Below, one piece after another: positions 47,392 to 59,984 of a stretch of DNA of 64,000 nucleotides. Location of the stretch: assembly GCA_963816185.1 (NCBI GenBank), contig CAWFJJ010000030.1:448001-512000 (forward strand). The letters are read 5' to 3'. How positions within the stretch are numbered: position 1 is the stretch's first letter; each line of letters opens with the position of its first letter. The notes under the pieces are model-generated. The model was not told where the DNA came from and made no database searches. It worked only from the letters and a program-made list of their open reading frames with translations. A program made the translations under genes and the position numbers. This stretch comes from Thermoanaerobaculia bacterium (GTDB lineage: Bacteria > Acidobacteriota > Thermoanaerobaculia > UBA5066).

Positions 47392-49019
47392 TCGGCAAGG
47401 CCCTCACCCTCGCTCTGCTCTTCCTCGCGTTCCCGCTTCCCGCCCAGGAGCCGCCTGCTCCCAACGTGCCTGCCCCCGCGGCTCCGGCCGGCGTGCCGCT
47501 CACGCTCGGCGACGCGACGGCGCGCGCGCTTGCGAACAACAACGTCATCGCCATCGAGCGCGAGTCGTTCCACATCGTGGACGCATCGCTCCTCAGGACG
47601 GACGCACCCTACGACCCCGCGTTCCGGCTGGACGCGCAGTACCGCAACCACACGGACCCCGTGAACTCCCTGCTTTCGGGCGCGCCGCCCGGCGAACTGG
47701 CGCCGACCAGCGAGGGTTACGCGGGAACCGCCTCCCTCGGCGTTCTCCTGCCCACGGGAGGCTCGGTGAGCCTCTCGGCATCGGCCGCGCGAGACCGCAC
47801 GAACGCCTTCTTCGCCCTGCTTTCGCCCGCATACAGCTCTTCGTTGGGCATCGACGTGCGCCAGCCGCTCCTTCAGAACCTCTCGGTCGATCCGGCCCGC
47901 CGCGCGATCCAGATCGCCCGCCTCGACAAGGAGCGCAGCGTCGCCTCTCTGAAGCGCACGGTCGCGGACACCGTCGCGAATGTGGAGCGGGCGTACTGGA
48001 CCCTCGTCGCGGCGCGCCGCGACGTCCAGGCGCGAGCCGCGAGCGTGGGCCTCGCCGCGGAACAGCGGGACGACACGAAGTCGAAGATCGAAGTCGGCAC
48101 CCTTCCGGAGACCGACATCGCGCAGCCTCTCGCCGAGCTCGAGCGGCGGAAGGGCGACCTGTACGCCTCCGAGGAGCAGATGCGCCGCGCCGAGCTCGCT
48201 CTCAAGCTCCTTCTCCTGAAGGACAGCGACGATCCTCTGTGGAACGAGACGATCGAGCCGGTCGACGCGCCCGAGACGGCCATCGTCCAGGTGGACCTCG
48301 CCGAGGCGATCCGCCGGGCCGAGAACAACCGGCCCGAGCTCGCCGAAGCAAAGTCCGTGCTCGCCGAGCGCGACGTGGATGTCGGCTTCGCGAGGGACCG
48401 CCTGAAGCCGCAGCTTGACCTCGTCGCGGGCTACGCGCGCCGCGGCCTCGCGGGCGGCCTCAACCCGACCGCCCCCGAAGCGGGGGCCCTCCTCGGCGTG
48501 CCGATCGCCGTGCCGGACGCGCTGTCCGGCGGATTCGGGCGTTCGTTCGGCACGATCAGCGAGGGCCGCTTTCCCGACGCGTCGGTCGGGCTCTCCCTGT
48601 CTGTACCCGTCTTCAACACAGGCGCGAAGGGGGATGTCGCGATCGCGAAGGCGCAGCGAAGCCAGGCCGAGATCCTCGTCGCACAGCAGCGGCAGAGCGT
48701 CGCGGTCGAGGTGCGCAACGCGGTCCTCACGCTCGACACGGCCGCCCAGCGCATCGACGCGGCGAAGGCCGGACGCGCCGCGGCGGAGACGCAGCTCGGC
48801 GCCGAGAAGGAACGCTACGGTGTCGGGCTCTCGACGAACTTCTTCGTCCTCACGCGCCAGAACGATCTCTCCCAGGCCATCCTTACCGAGACGGCCGCTC
48901 TAACCGACTACCGCAAAGCCTTGACCGACTTCGCGCGCGCGTCCGGCACTCTTCTCGACGAGCGGCGCATCGAGATCCGGGACGACGCACCGGCCGTGAA
49001 GGCCGAAGGGGGAAAGTGA
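47388..49019 (+). CDS. TolC family outer membrane efflux protein
   Basis: GTG 47388, signal peptide, ALANNNVI, RQPLLQN, VERAYWTL, NRPEL, ERYGVGLSTNF. Confidence 0.9.
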   Translation: MIGKALTLALLFLAFPLPAQEPPAPNVPAPAAPAGVPLTLGDATARALANNNVIAIERESFHIVDASLLRTDAPYDPAFRLDAQYRNHTDPVNSLLSGAPPGELAPTSEGYAGTASLGVLLPTGGSVSLSASAARDRTNAFFALLSPAYSSSLGIDVRQPLLQNLSVDPARRAIQIARLDKERSVASLKRTVADTVANVERAYWTLVAARRDVQARAASVGLAAEQRDDTKSKIEVGTLPETDIAQPLAELERRKGDLYASEEQMRRAELALKLLLLKDSDDPLWNETIEPVDAPETAIVQVDLAEAIRRAENNRPELAEAKSVLAERDVDVGFARDRLKPQLDLVAGYARRGLAGGLNPTAPEAGALLGVPIAVPDALSGGFGRSFGTISEGRFPDASVGLSLSVPVFNTGAKGDVAIAKAQRSQAEILVAQQRQSVAVEVRNAVLTLDTAAQRIDAAKAGRAAAETQLGAEKERYGVGLSTNFFVLTRQNDLSQAILTETAALTDYRKALTDFARASGTLLDERRIEIRDDAPAVKAEGGK

Positions 49020-50071
49020 ACGCGACCCGACCGAGGCTCACCGCTTTTTTCGCGGCCGCGCTGGCTGCGCTCGCCGCCTCCGGTTGCTCGCGCGGTGCGG
49101 GTGCGCACGCCGCCGCGGCGGGACCGACGCCGGCGCCCATCCTCGTGAACGGCGCGGCCGTCGAGAGCCGGGTCTTGCCGCGTGTCCTCGAGGTGACGGG
49201 CGCCCTCACCGCGGACGAGGCCGCCGACGTCGCGTCCGAACGCGACGGGCAGGTCGCGAGCGTACGCGTCGAGCGGGGGAGCTACGCCGAGAAAGGCGCC
49301 GTCCTCGCGACGATCGACGACCGCGAGGCGAAAGCGCAGCTCGACCAGGCGCGAGCGAACCTCGCGTGGGCGAAGGCCGAGGTCGAGCGCTACGCCGAGC
49401 TTCGCCGGAGGCAGGTCGTCGCCCGCGCCGAGGACCAGCGCAAGGCGACGGACCTCGACCTCGCCGCCGCGTCCCTCGCGCTCGCCGAAAAAGGCTATAC
49501 CGACTGCACGATTCGCGCGCCGTTCTCGGGCGTCGTCACCGAGAAGAAGATCTCGGCGGGCGCCTACATCAAGAAGGGCTCGGCGATCTGCGGCCTCGTG
49601 AAGATCGATCCTCTCCGGGCCGAGCTGGACATTCCCGAGTCGGCCGTGTCCGCCGTCCAGGTCGGCCAGAAAGCGGCGCTCGCCGCCCAGTCCTTTCCCG
49701 ACCGCACGTTCGACGCGACCGTCCGCTACATCGGCCCGTCTCTGCGCTCGGAAGCTCGTACGCTCGTCGTCGAGGCGATGGTCCCGAATCCCCGGCACAT
49801 CCTGAAGCCCGGCCTCTTCGTGACGGCGCGCGTCTCCCTCCCCAGGAGCGAGGAGACCCTGCTCGTCCCGGCGGCTGCCGTGGTCACGGATTCGGGGGTC
49901 TCGCACGTCTTCGTCCTCGGGCCCTCGCGCGTCGTCGAGCGCATCGTCTCGATCGGGGACCGCCACGGCGACTCCCTCGAGGTGCGATCCGGCGTCGCGG
50001 CGGGAGAACGCGTCGTCGTAGGCCCCGACCGCCGCCTCGTGGACGGCCTCGAGATCCAGCGCGCCGACTGA
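49016..50071 (+). CDS. RND efflux periplasmic adaptor (MFP) lipoprotein
   Basis: Lipobox ASGC, IRAPFSGVV, LKPGLF. Confidence 0.92.
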   Translation: MNATRPRLTAFFAAALAALAASGCSRGAGAHAAAAGPTPAPILVNGAAVESRVLPRVLEVTGALTADEAADVASERDGQVASVRVERGSYAEKGAVLATIDDREAKAQLDQARANLAWAKAEVERYAELRRRQVVARAEDQRKATDLDLAAASLALAEKGYTDCTIRAPFSGVVTEKKISAGAYIKKGSAICGLVKIDPLRAELDIPESAVSAVQVGQKAALAAQSFPDRTFDATVRYIGPSLRSEARTLVVEAMVPNPRHILKPGLFVTARVSLPRSEETLLVPAAAVVTDSGVSHVFVLGPSRVVERIVSIGDRHGDSLEVRSGVAAGERVVVGPDRRLVDGLEIQRAD

Positions 50072-50092
50072 CCGGCAGAAGGAGACCAATCC

Positions 50093-53308
<3,216 letters not shown>

Positions 53309-53321
53309 GCAGGCGGCCCAC

Positions 53322-54317
53322 ATGCGCAAAGCCCCCCGCTCTCTCCCGGCATTCGCGATCGCCGCGCTCGCGACCGCGGCAATCGCCTCCGCCGCCTGCC
53401 GGCAAAAACAGGACCCGAACATCGTCACCCTGAACGGGCGTCTCGAGGCGCCCACCGTGGATCTCGCGCCCAAGGTCGCCGGGCGCGTCGTCGAGGTGAA
53501 GGTCAAGGAAGGAGACCGCGTGAAAGCCGGCGACCTCCTCGTGACGCTCGACCTCGGCGAGACCGCTCTCGCCGTCGAGCGCGACCGCCGCGGGCTGGAA
53601 TCCAGCCAGGCGCGCTACCAGGACCTCGAGGCGGGAAGCCGGACGGCGGAAATCGCGCAAGCTCAAGCTGATCTCGCTGACAAAAAGGCCGCCGTCGAGC
53701 TCGCACGACGAGAGCTGGAGCGCCAGGAAGCCCTCCTTTCCAAGAAAGTAGGAACGCAGCGAGACACGGACACCGCCCGCACGACGATGGAACGGGCGGT
53801 GGCGAGCGAGAAAATGGCCAGTGATCGGTTGCAGCTTCTCCGCGAAGGCACGCGCTCGTGGCAGAAGGAGCAGGCGCGGCGGGACGTCGACCGTGCGCGC
53901 ACGGTCCTCAAGCAGTCCGAGACGACCGCCGGCGAGGCCGAGATCCATGCGCCCGCCGACGGCGTGATCCTCCACCGCATCGCCGAGCCGGGTCTCCTGC
54001 TCTCGCCCTCCCAGCCCGCGCTGACGATGGCGTTCTTGGGACGCCTCTACGTGCGGACGTTCATCCCCGAGACGAAGCTCGGTAAGGTGAGGACCTCGCA
54101 GGCCGCGACCGTCACAGTGGATTCGCTGCCGGGCCAGTCCTTTCCGGCACACGTCACGGAGATCTCCCCGGACGCCGAGTTCACGCCGAAGCCGGTCGAG
54201 ACGCGCGAAGAGCGCGTCAACCAGGTCTACGCCGCGAAGGTGGACCTCGATGCCGGGTGGAATGCGCCTCTCGTCCCGGGGCAGCCCGCGGAAGTGAGCG
54301 TCAAGGTCGGACCGTGA
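53322..54317 (+). CDS. HlyD family adaptor (YbhG-like)
   Basis: VAGRVVEVKVKEGD, AEFTPKPVETREER, PGQPAEV. Confidence 0.9.
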   Translation: MRKAPRSLPAFAIAALATAAIASAACRQKQDPNIVTLNGRLEAPTVDLAPKVAGRVVEVKVKEGDRVKAGDLLVTLDLGETALAVERDRRGLESSQARYQDLEAGSRTAEIAQAQADLADKKAAVELARRELERQEALLSKKVGTQRDTDTARTTMERAVASEKMASDRLQLLREGTRSWQKEQARRDVDRARTVLKQSETTAGEAEIHAPADGVILHRIAEPGLLLSPSQPALTMAFLGRLYVRTFIPETKLGKVRTSQAATVTVDSLPGQSFPAHVTEISPDAEFTPKPVETREERVNQVYAAKVDLDAGWNAPLVPGQPAEVSVKVGP

Positions 54318-55246
54318 TCGAGACCCGGGGCCTCACCCGGAAGTTCGAGAGAGTCGAGGCCCTGAAGGGAATCGACCTGTCGATCGACAAGGGCGAGCTC
54401 TTCGCGCTCATCGGACCCGACGGCGCCGGCAAGACGACGTTGTTCCGAATAATCGCCGGCCTTCTCGCACCAACCGCGGGCATCGTGCGCATGGCGGAAA
54501 ACATCGCGTTTGGCTTCGTCCCGCAGCGCTTCAGCCTCTACGAAGACCTTTCGATCGACGAGAACCTCTCGCTCAGGGCGCGGCTCTACGACATCCCCGA
54601 CGACGTGGCGGCGAATCGCGCGAAGGACCTCCTGGCACGCGTCGGCCTCGACCGCTTTGGGCGTCGTCTCGCGGGGGCGCTCTCGGGGGGCATGAAGCAG
54701 AAGCTCGCGCTCGTCTCGGCGCTGATGACGCAGCCGCCGCTCCTTCTTCTCGACGAGCCGACGACAGGCGTCGATCCGGTCTCGCGCCGCGAGTTCTGGC
54801 TGCTCCTCAACCGGCTGCATCACGAGGGCCTGACGATCGTCGTCTCGACGCCGTACATGGACGAGGCGGAGTACGCCACTCATCTCGCGTTCCTCGACCG
54901 GGGACGCCTGTCCGCTTTCGGCACACGCGGAGAGATCCTCGCCTCGTATCCGCGGCCGCTCGTCGAGGTTCGGTCGTCGAAGAGGTTCGAGGTCAAGAAG
55001 AGACTCGAAAGCGTGGAAGAGGTCGACGACGTCTCGCTTTTCGGGACGAGGCTGCACGTTCGCGGAAGAGAAAAGAAGGAGAAGGCGGGGGATTTCTTAG
55101 AAGGTAGATTGCGCGATGCGCTGGCGGGGCTCGTCCCGGCGGACGACATCCGGCGGGTGCAACCCAGCCTCGAAGACGCATTCGTGCTATTCAGCGAGGC
55201 TGAAGAGCCGGAGGAAAAAGGCGCGGAAAAGGGAGAGGCCGCATGA
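54314..55246 (+). CDS. ABC transporter ATP-binding protein (YbhF N-half-like)
   Basis: GPDGAGKTT, LSGGMKQK, LLDEPTTGVDPVSRREFW, STPYMDEA. Confidence 0.93.
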   Translation: MIETRGLTRKFERVEALKGIDLSIDKGELFALIGPDGAGKTTLFRIIAGLLAPTAGIVRMAENIAFGFVPQRFSLYEDLSIDENLSLRARLYDIPDDVAANRAKDLLARVGLDRFGRRLAGALSGGMKQKLALVSALMTQPPLLLLDEPTTGVDPVSRREFWLLLNRLHHEGLTIVVSTPYMDEAEYATHLAFLDRGRLSAFGTRGEILASYPRPLVEVRSSKRFEVKKRLESVEEVDDVSLFGTRLHVRGREKKEKAGDFLEGRLRDALAGLVPADDIRRVQPSLEDAFVLFSEAEEPEEKGAEKGEAA

Positions 55247-56322
55247 GCGACCAGCCCCCAGGCCGCGCGCCGGCCTCCCCCCCGCCGCCTTCTAAGAAGT
55301 CTTCCTCTTCGCCCTCGTCTTCCTCCTCTCCGAATTCCTCTTCCCCTTCTAAGAGATCTCTCTCTTCCTCTTCTTCGTCCTCCTTCCTGAGCTGTGAGAA
55401 CCTGACGCGGAAGTTCGGCACGTTCGTCGCCGTCGACCACGTCTCGTTCGACGTTCCCCGCGGCAAGGTCTTCGGCTTTCTCGGCCCGAACGGCTCGGGG
55501 AAGTCCACGACGATCCGGATGTTGACGGGGCTCCTCGCACCCTCCGACGGGAGCGCGCACATGCAGCCGGATGGCCGGACGCTCGACGTCGCGCGCGACA
55601 CCGACGCGTGGAAGACGCATCTCGGGTACATGAGCCAGAAGTTCTCTCTCTATCTCGACCTGACGGTGGAGGAGAACCTGTCGTTCTTCGGATCCATTTA
55701 CGGCCTTCCAAAAGAGCGCCTTGCCGGCCGCATCAAGGAGCTGTCCGGGCGCCTGCACTTCACGAAGCTCCTGCCGGCGCTCACGGAAGGGCTCTCGACG
55801 GGCTATCGCCAGCGCGTCGCGCTCGCGGCCGCGCTCCTCCACGAGCCGGAGCTCCTGTTCCTGGACGAGCCGACCGGCGGGGTCGATCCGAGAGGACGGC
55901 GCCTCTTCTGGGATCTCATCTACGAGCTCGCGGCCGACAAGGGAATGACCGTCCTCGTCACCACGCATTACATGGACGAGGCCGAGCAATGCGACCGGCT
56001 CGCGTTCATCCTCGACGGAGCGCTCATCGCCGAAGGGGCGCCGCCCGACCTCAAGCGCGACCTCGCCGACCGCATCGTGCAGGTCACGCCACCCTCCGAC
56101 CCGTTCCTGGCGCTCGAGGAGGTCCAGCGGGATTCCGCGCTCGAGGACGCGTATCTCTTCGGGGCACGGCTTCGCGCGGTCGCGAAGCCCGGCACGGTCG
56201 AGGCCGCCCGGAGCCTGCTCGCCCGCTTCGCCCCGCCGGAGCCCGCCGAGCCCTCGCTCGAGGACGTGTTCGTCTCGCTCGCGCGCAAGCAGAAGAGGTC
56301 ACGGGAGGAGGTCGCGGCATGA
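55243..56322 (+). CDS. ABC transporter ATP-binding protein (YbhF C-half-like) with Ser-rich N-terminal extension
   Basis: GPNGSGKST, GYMSQKFSLY, LDEPTGGVDP, TTHYMDEAE. Confidence 0.93.
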   Translation: MSDQPPGRAPASPPPPSKKSSSSPSSSSSPNSSSPSKRSLSSSSSSSFLSCENLTRKFGTFVAVDHVSFDVPRGKVFGFLGPNGSGKSTTIRMLTGLLAPSDGSAHMQPDGRTLDVARDTDAWKTHLGYMSQKFSLYLDLTVEENLSFFGSIYGLPKERLAGRIKELSGRLHFTKLLPALTEGLSTGYRQRVALAAALLHEPELLFLDEPTGGVDPRGRRLFWDLIYELAADKGMTVLVTTHYMDEAEQCDRLAFILDGALIAEGAPPDLKRDLADRIVQVTPPSDPFLALEEVQRDSALEDAYLFGARLRAVAKPGTVEAARSLLARFAPPEPAEPSLEDVFVSLARKQKRSREEVAA

Positions 56323-57434
56323 AACGATTCCTGGCCCTCGCCCGCAAGGAGTTCCTGCAGCTCAAGAGGGACCCCCTGACGCTGCGCATGATCGTCATGG
56401 TCCCGCTCCTGCAGACGATGATCTTCGGCTACGCGATCAACTTCGACGTCAAGCACCTGACAACGGCGGTCCTCGACGAATCGCGCTCGTACGAGAGCCG
56501 CGAGCTCGTTGCGAAGATGACCGCGAGCGAGTACTTCGACGTCGTGAGGTATGTCGAGTCGCAGGCGGAGCTCCGGCGCGAGATCGACTCGGCGCACGCG
56601 TCCGTCGGCCTCGTGATCGATGCGAACTTCGGGAAGGACATCCACCGCAGCGCGCCGGCGCACGCGCTCCTCATCGTGAACGCGTCGGACACGACGACCT
56701 CGTCGCAGGCGATGGCGATCGCGAGCGGGATCGCGAACGGCCTGTCGATCAACCTTCTCGCTCAGCGCGCGGGCTGGAAGAGCTCCTCGCTGCCGGTCGA
56801 CGTGCGCGTCAGGCCCTGGTACAACCCGGATCTCCGCACGGCGACGTTCATCATCCCCGGCCTCATCGCGATCATCCTGACGTTCACGCTCATCCAGTTC
56901 ACGGCGATGGCGATCGTCCGCGAGAGGGAACGCGGCACGCTCGAGCAGCTCCAGGTCACGCCGGTGACGCGCATCGAGCTCATCCTCGGCAAGATCGCGC
57001 CTTTCGTCGTGATCGGATTCTTCCAGCTCACGCTCATCATCGTTCTGATGCGGTTCCTGTTCCAGGTGCCGATCGCGGGCAGCGTCCTCGAGCTCTATGC
57101 CGCCGGGCTCATGTTCATCGCGGCCGTGCTCGGACTCGGAATGCTCCTGTCCACGCTCGCGAAAACGCAGATGCAGGCGATGCAGATGTCGTTCTTCTTC
57201 CTCCTGCCGTTCGTGTTCCTGTCGGGCTACGTCTTCCCGATCGACGGGATGCCGAAGTTCTTCCAGTTCATCACGTACCTGATCCCGGCGAAGTACTTCA
57301 TCCAGATCGTGCGCGGCATCGTGCTGAGGGGCGCGAACCTGTCCGAGCTTCTCGAGCCGATCGCGTGGCTCACCGGTTTCACGATCTTCATCATCGTCCT
57401 GGCGATCGCGCGGTTCCGGAAGACAACGGCGTAG
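56319..57434 (+). CDS. ABC-2 permease (YbhS/YbhR-like)
   Basis: ATG 56319, KEFLQLKRD, WYNPDL, IVRERERGTLEQL, LSGYVFPIDGMP. Confidence 0.93.
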   Translation: MKRFLALARKEFLQLKRDPLTLRMIVMVPLLQTMIFGYAINFDVKHLTTAVLDESRSYESRELVAKMTASEYFDVVRYVESQAELRREIDSAHASVGLVIDANFGKDIHRSAPAHALLIVNASDTTTSSQAMAIASGIANGLSINLLAQRAGWKSSSLPVDVRVRPWYNPDLRTATFIIPGLIAIILTFTLIQFTAMAIVRERERGTLEQLQVTPVTRIELILGKIAPFVVIGFFQLTLIIVLMRFLFQVPIAGSVLELYAAGLMFIAAVLGLGMLLSTLAKTQMQAMQMSFFFLLPFVFLSGYVFPIDGMPKFFQFITYLIPAKYFIQIVRGIVLRGANLSELLEPIAWLTGFTIFIIVLAIARFRKTTA

Positions 57435-57444
57435 GCGCGGGCGC

Positions 57445-58110
57445 ATGATGGACGGGGCCATGGAAGCCGAAGACGAACAGCCCGCGAAACCGGTCCTGAG
57501 GGGCGTCCTCCACGAGGTCGCCGCGTTTGCGGCGGCGGTCGCCGGGGGCGTCCTCGTCCTCAACGCCTCCGGGCCGCGCGCACGCGCCGGGGCGATCGTC
57601 TACGGGGTCTCCCTCGTCGCGCTCTTCGCCGTGAGCGCCATCTACCACCGGCCCACGTGGTCCGAGCGCGTCCGCCGGGTTCTCAGGCGCGTCGACCATT
57701 CCGCGATCTTCCTGCTCATCGCCGGGACGTACACGCCGTTCGCTTTCCTTCTCGAGAACCGCGCGGGATGGGTTCTGCTCGGCGTCGTGTGGGCTGGCGC
57801 GCTCGTCGGGATCGTCCTGTCCATCGCATGGGTGGGGGCGCCGAAGGTCCTCGTCGCCGCCGTGTGCGTCCTCCTCGGCTGGGCGGCCCTTCCGATCCTG
57901 CCGGCGCTGAAAGCGGCGCTCGGAACGGGAGCCGTCGTCCTGCTCGCCGCGGGCGGCGTCGTGTACAGCCTGGGCGCGATCGTTTACGCCGTCCGGCGTC
58001 CGAATCCCTTTCCCAGGGTCTTCGGGTACCACGAGGTCTTCCACGCGCTCGTGATCATCGCGGCCGCCTGCCATTTCGCGGTCGTGGCGGAAGCGATCCG
58101 GGCGCTCTGA
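57445..58110 (+). CDS. Hemolysin III (PAQR/TrhA) family membrane protein
   Basis: SAIYH, DHSAIFLLIAGTYTP, GYHEVFH. Confidence 0.92.
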   Translation: MMDGAMEAEDEQPAKPVLRGVLHEVAAFAAAVAGGVLVLNASGPRARAGAIVYGVSLVALFAVSAIYHRPTWSERVRRVLRRVDHSAIFLLIAGTYTPFAFLLENRAGWVLLGVVWAGALVGIVLSIAWVGAPKVLVAAVCVLLGWAALPILPALKAALGTGAVVLLAAGGVVYSLGAIVYAVRRPNPFPRVFGYHEVFHALVIIAAACHFAVVAEAIRAL

Positions 58111-58149
58111 CGACAGCCCCGGCGCGCGGGCGGTCCGGCGGCCGTATCG

Positions 58150-58413
58150 TCAGTGGCCGGAGCAAACGGGCACGGACCCGAGGGAGACCTCGTCCCCGCG
58201 ATGCTCGAGCTTGCCGTGCGACGCGAGGAAAGCGAGCACCTCGTGGAACGAGAAGCGGTCGCCATGGCAGTTCCCGTACACCGCGTCGACGCCGAACGCG
58301 CCGGACGCCGCGTTTCGGAGAGCTTCGACGCTCGCTTTCCCTCCCATCTGCTGGAGAAGGGAAAGCAGGTCGTGACCGAAAACGGGCGCACGCGCCGGGA
58401 CGAGACTGTTCAT
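58150..58413 (-). CDS. YecH/DUF2492-like metal-binding protein
   Basis: GHDLL, FG..A.Y.NC, FLASHGK, C-terminal VCSGH. Confidence 0.75.
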   Translation of the reverse strand: MNSLVPARAPVFGHDLLSLLQQMGGKASVEALRNAASGAFGVDAVYGNCHGDRFSFHEVLAFLASHGKLEHRGDEVSLGSVPVCSGH

Positions 58414-58993
58414 TCGAAAAGGCTAGCACGCAAAGGACGACGCCTCCCTGGCATTCCGCGTGATTCAGATGCTTCAAGGGCACTCTTGGGGCCGCCCGGA
58501 GGCTCAACCCGAAGCGTGACGAGCAACCGTCCCACGCGTCCGTTCCCATCCAGGAAAGGATGGATCGTCTCGAACTGCACGTGAGCCATGGCGGCTTTCT
58601 CGAGCGGAGGCGTGCGCACGGGATCGTCGTGGAGAAAGCGTTCGAGCGCCGCCATGCACTCTTCGACGCGATCCGGAGGCGGCGGAACAAAGTGCGCGTT
58701 TCCCGGACGCGTGCCCCCGATCCAGATCTGGGTGCGCCGAAACTCGCCAGGCGTCCTGTCGGCACCGCGCCCCTTCGCCAGAAGAACTTCGTGAATCTCG
58801 CGCAGGAGGCGGTTCGAGAGCGGGAAGTCCGCTCGCAGTCGCTTGAGGCCGTGTTCGAGCGCCGCGACGTAGCGGGATACCTCCGTGACGTCGTCGAGCG
58901 GTACCCCCGAAATCTCCTCGAGTTCGAAGAGAAGCAGGTCGGAAAGGGACGACTGCGTCCCCTCTATTTGCGACGAGAGGACAGCCGTTTCAT
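58410..58993 (-). pseudogene. Fic-family adenylyltransferase remnant
   Basis: RBS + ATGAAACG at 58993 joins out of frame to AVLSSQIEGTQSSLSDLL...PGEFRRTQIWIGG...HVQFETIHPFLDGNGRVGRLL; similarity stops right after the Fic motif. Confidence 0.85.
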
Positions 58994-59015
58994 GGATTCC
59001 TTCCCTTGAAACGAA

Positions 59016-59063
59016 CCTTTAATAGCAACCCACGCTATTAAAGCGGCCGTATCCTTTAATAGC
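59016..59063. promoter_or_regulatory. Triple 10-bp motif CTTTAATAGC (forward, reverse, forward) upstream of the fic remnant
   Basis: 59017-59026 CTTTAATAGC, 59034-59043 GCTATTAAAG, 59054-59063 CTTTAATAGC. Confidence 0.7.
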
Positions 59064-59112
59064 GTCTCGCGGGGCGAAAGGAGCCAAGCGACGAGCGAGG
59101 TCGCAGCGGCGG

Positions 59113-59364
59113 TTAGTTCTCCTCGAACCCGCGTCCGGCGCCGCAGACTTCCGGCATGCGGCAGGCGCCGCCGCCGCAGGCGGTCGAAGGATCGAAGGCG
59201 CCCCTGGACGGCGACGCCGGCGGCGCTGCGAACGTCGAGAGCAGGCGCGAGACCTTCTTCGAACCGCACGACGAGCATTTCGGCGGCCGCGCCGTGTCGC
59301 CCGCAAGGACGAGGTCCTCGGTCTTCTTACCGCAATCCGAACACCGATATTCCAGAAGAGGCAT
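59113..59364 (-). CDS. FmdB family zinc-ribbon protein
   Basis: MPLLEYRCSDCG...CSSCGSKKVSRLLSTF, Cys-rich tail. Confidence 0.9.
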   Translation of the reverse strand: MPLLEYRCSDCGKKTEDLVLAGDTARPPKCSSCGSKKVSRLLSTFAAPPASPSRGAFDPSTACGGGACRMPEVCGAGRGFEEN

Positions 59365-59521
59365 GAAACGCTCCCACCGCCCATTCTACGGCCTCACGAG
59401 GCGTGGGACGACGCCTACCCTCGCGCGGCGGCGTGCGGCTGATTCAAATGCTCCATGCGGACGCCCTCCGCCGGGCCCACGTTTCGAACGGAGGCTCGAA
59501 AGGGCCTCTCGAGGAGGATTC

Positions 59522-59980
59522 ATGCGCGTCCAGGACGTGATGACCCGCCATGTGGAGACGATCGACGGTCAGGAGAACGCGCAGGTCGCGTTCGATTCCA
59601 TGAAGCTCAAGGGGATCCGGCATCTTGTCGTCAAGAGAGACTCGGAGCTCGTGGGCGTGCTCTCGAAGCGCGACCTGGGTGTGCCCGATCAGTACGACTT
59701 CCGCGAGAAGCACCGCGTCGCCGAGCTGATGACGCCGCAGGTCGTGACGGCCAGCCCGGACATGTCGGTCAGGCAGGCCGCGAACCTGATGCGCGGCCGC
59801 GCGATCGGATGCCTGCCCGTCGTGGAGGAGGGGCGCCGGAGCCGGCTCGTCGGCATCGTCACCGTGTCCGATCTCCTCGAGCTGCTCGGGCGCGGCGTCG
59901 ACCGCCCGGCGCAGGGCAGGCGCCTGACACTCAAGACACGGGCTCCGCGCGTCGACTCCAAGGCGAAGCGAATGCGCTAG
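59522..59980 (+). CDS. CBS domain pair protein
   Basis: GAGGAGG RBS, MRVQDVMT, IRHLVV, LVGVLS.RDL, IGCLPVV, LVGIVTVSDLL. Confidence 0.9.
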   Translation: MRVQDVMTRHVETIDGQENAQVAFDSMKLKGIRHLVVKRDSELVGVLSKRDLGVPDQYDFREKHRVAELMTPQVVTASPDMSVRQAANLMRGRAIGCLPVVEEGRRSRLVGIVTVSDLLELLGRGVDRPAQGRRLTLKTRAPRVDSKAKRMR

Positions 59981-59984
59981 GGGC

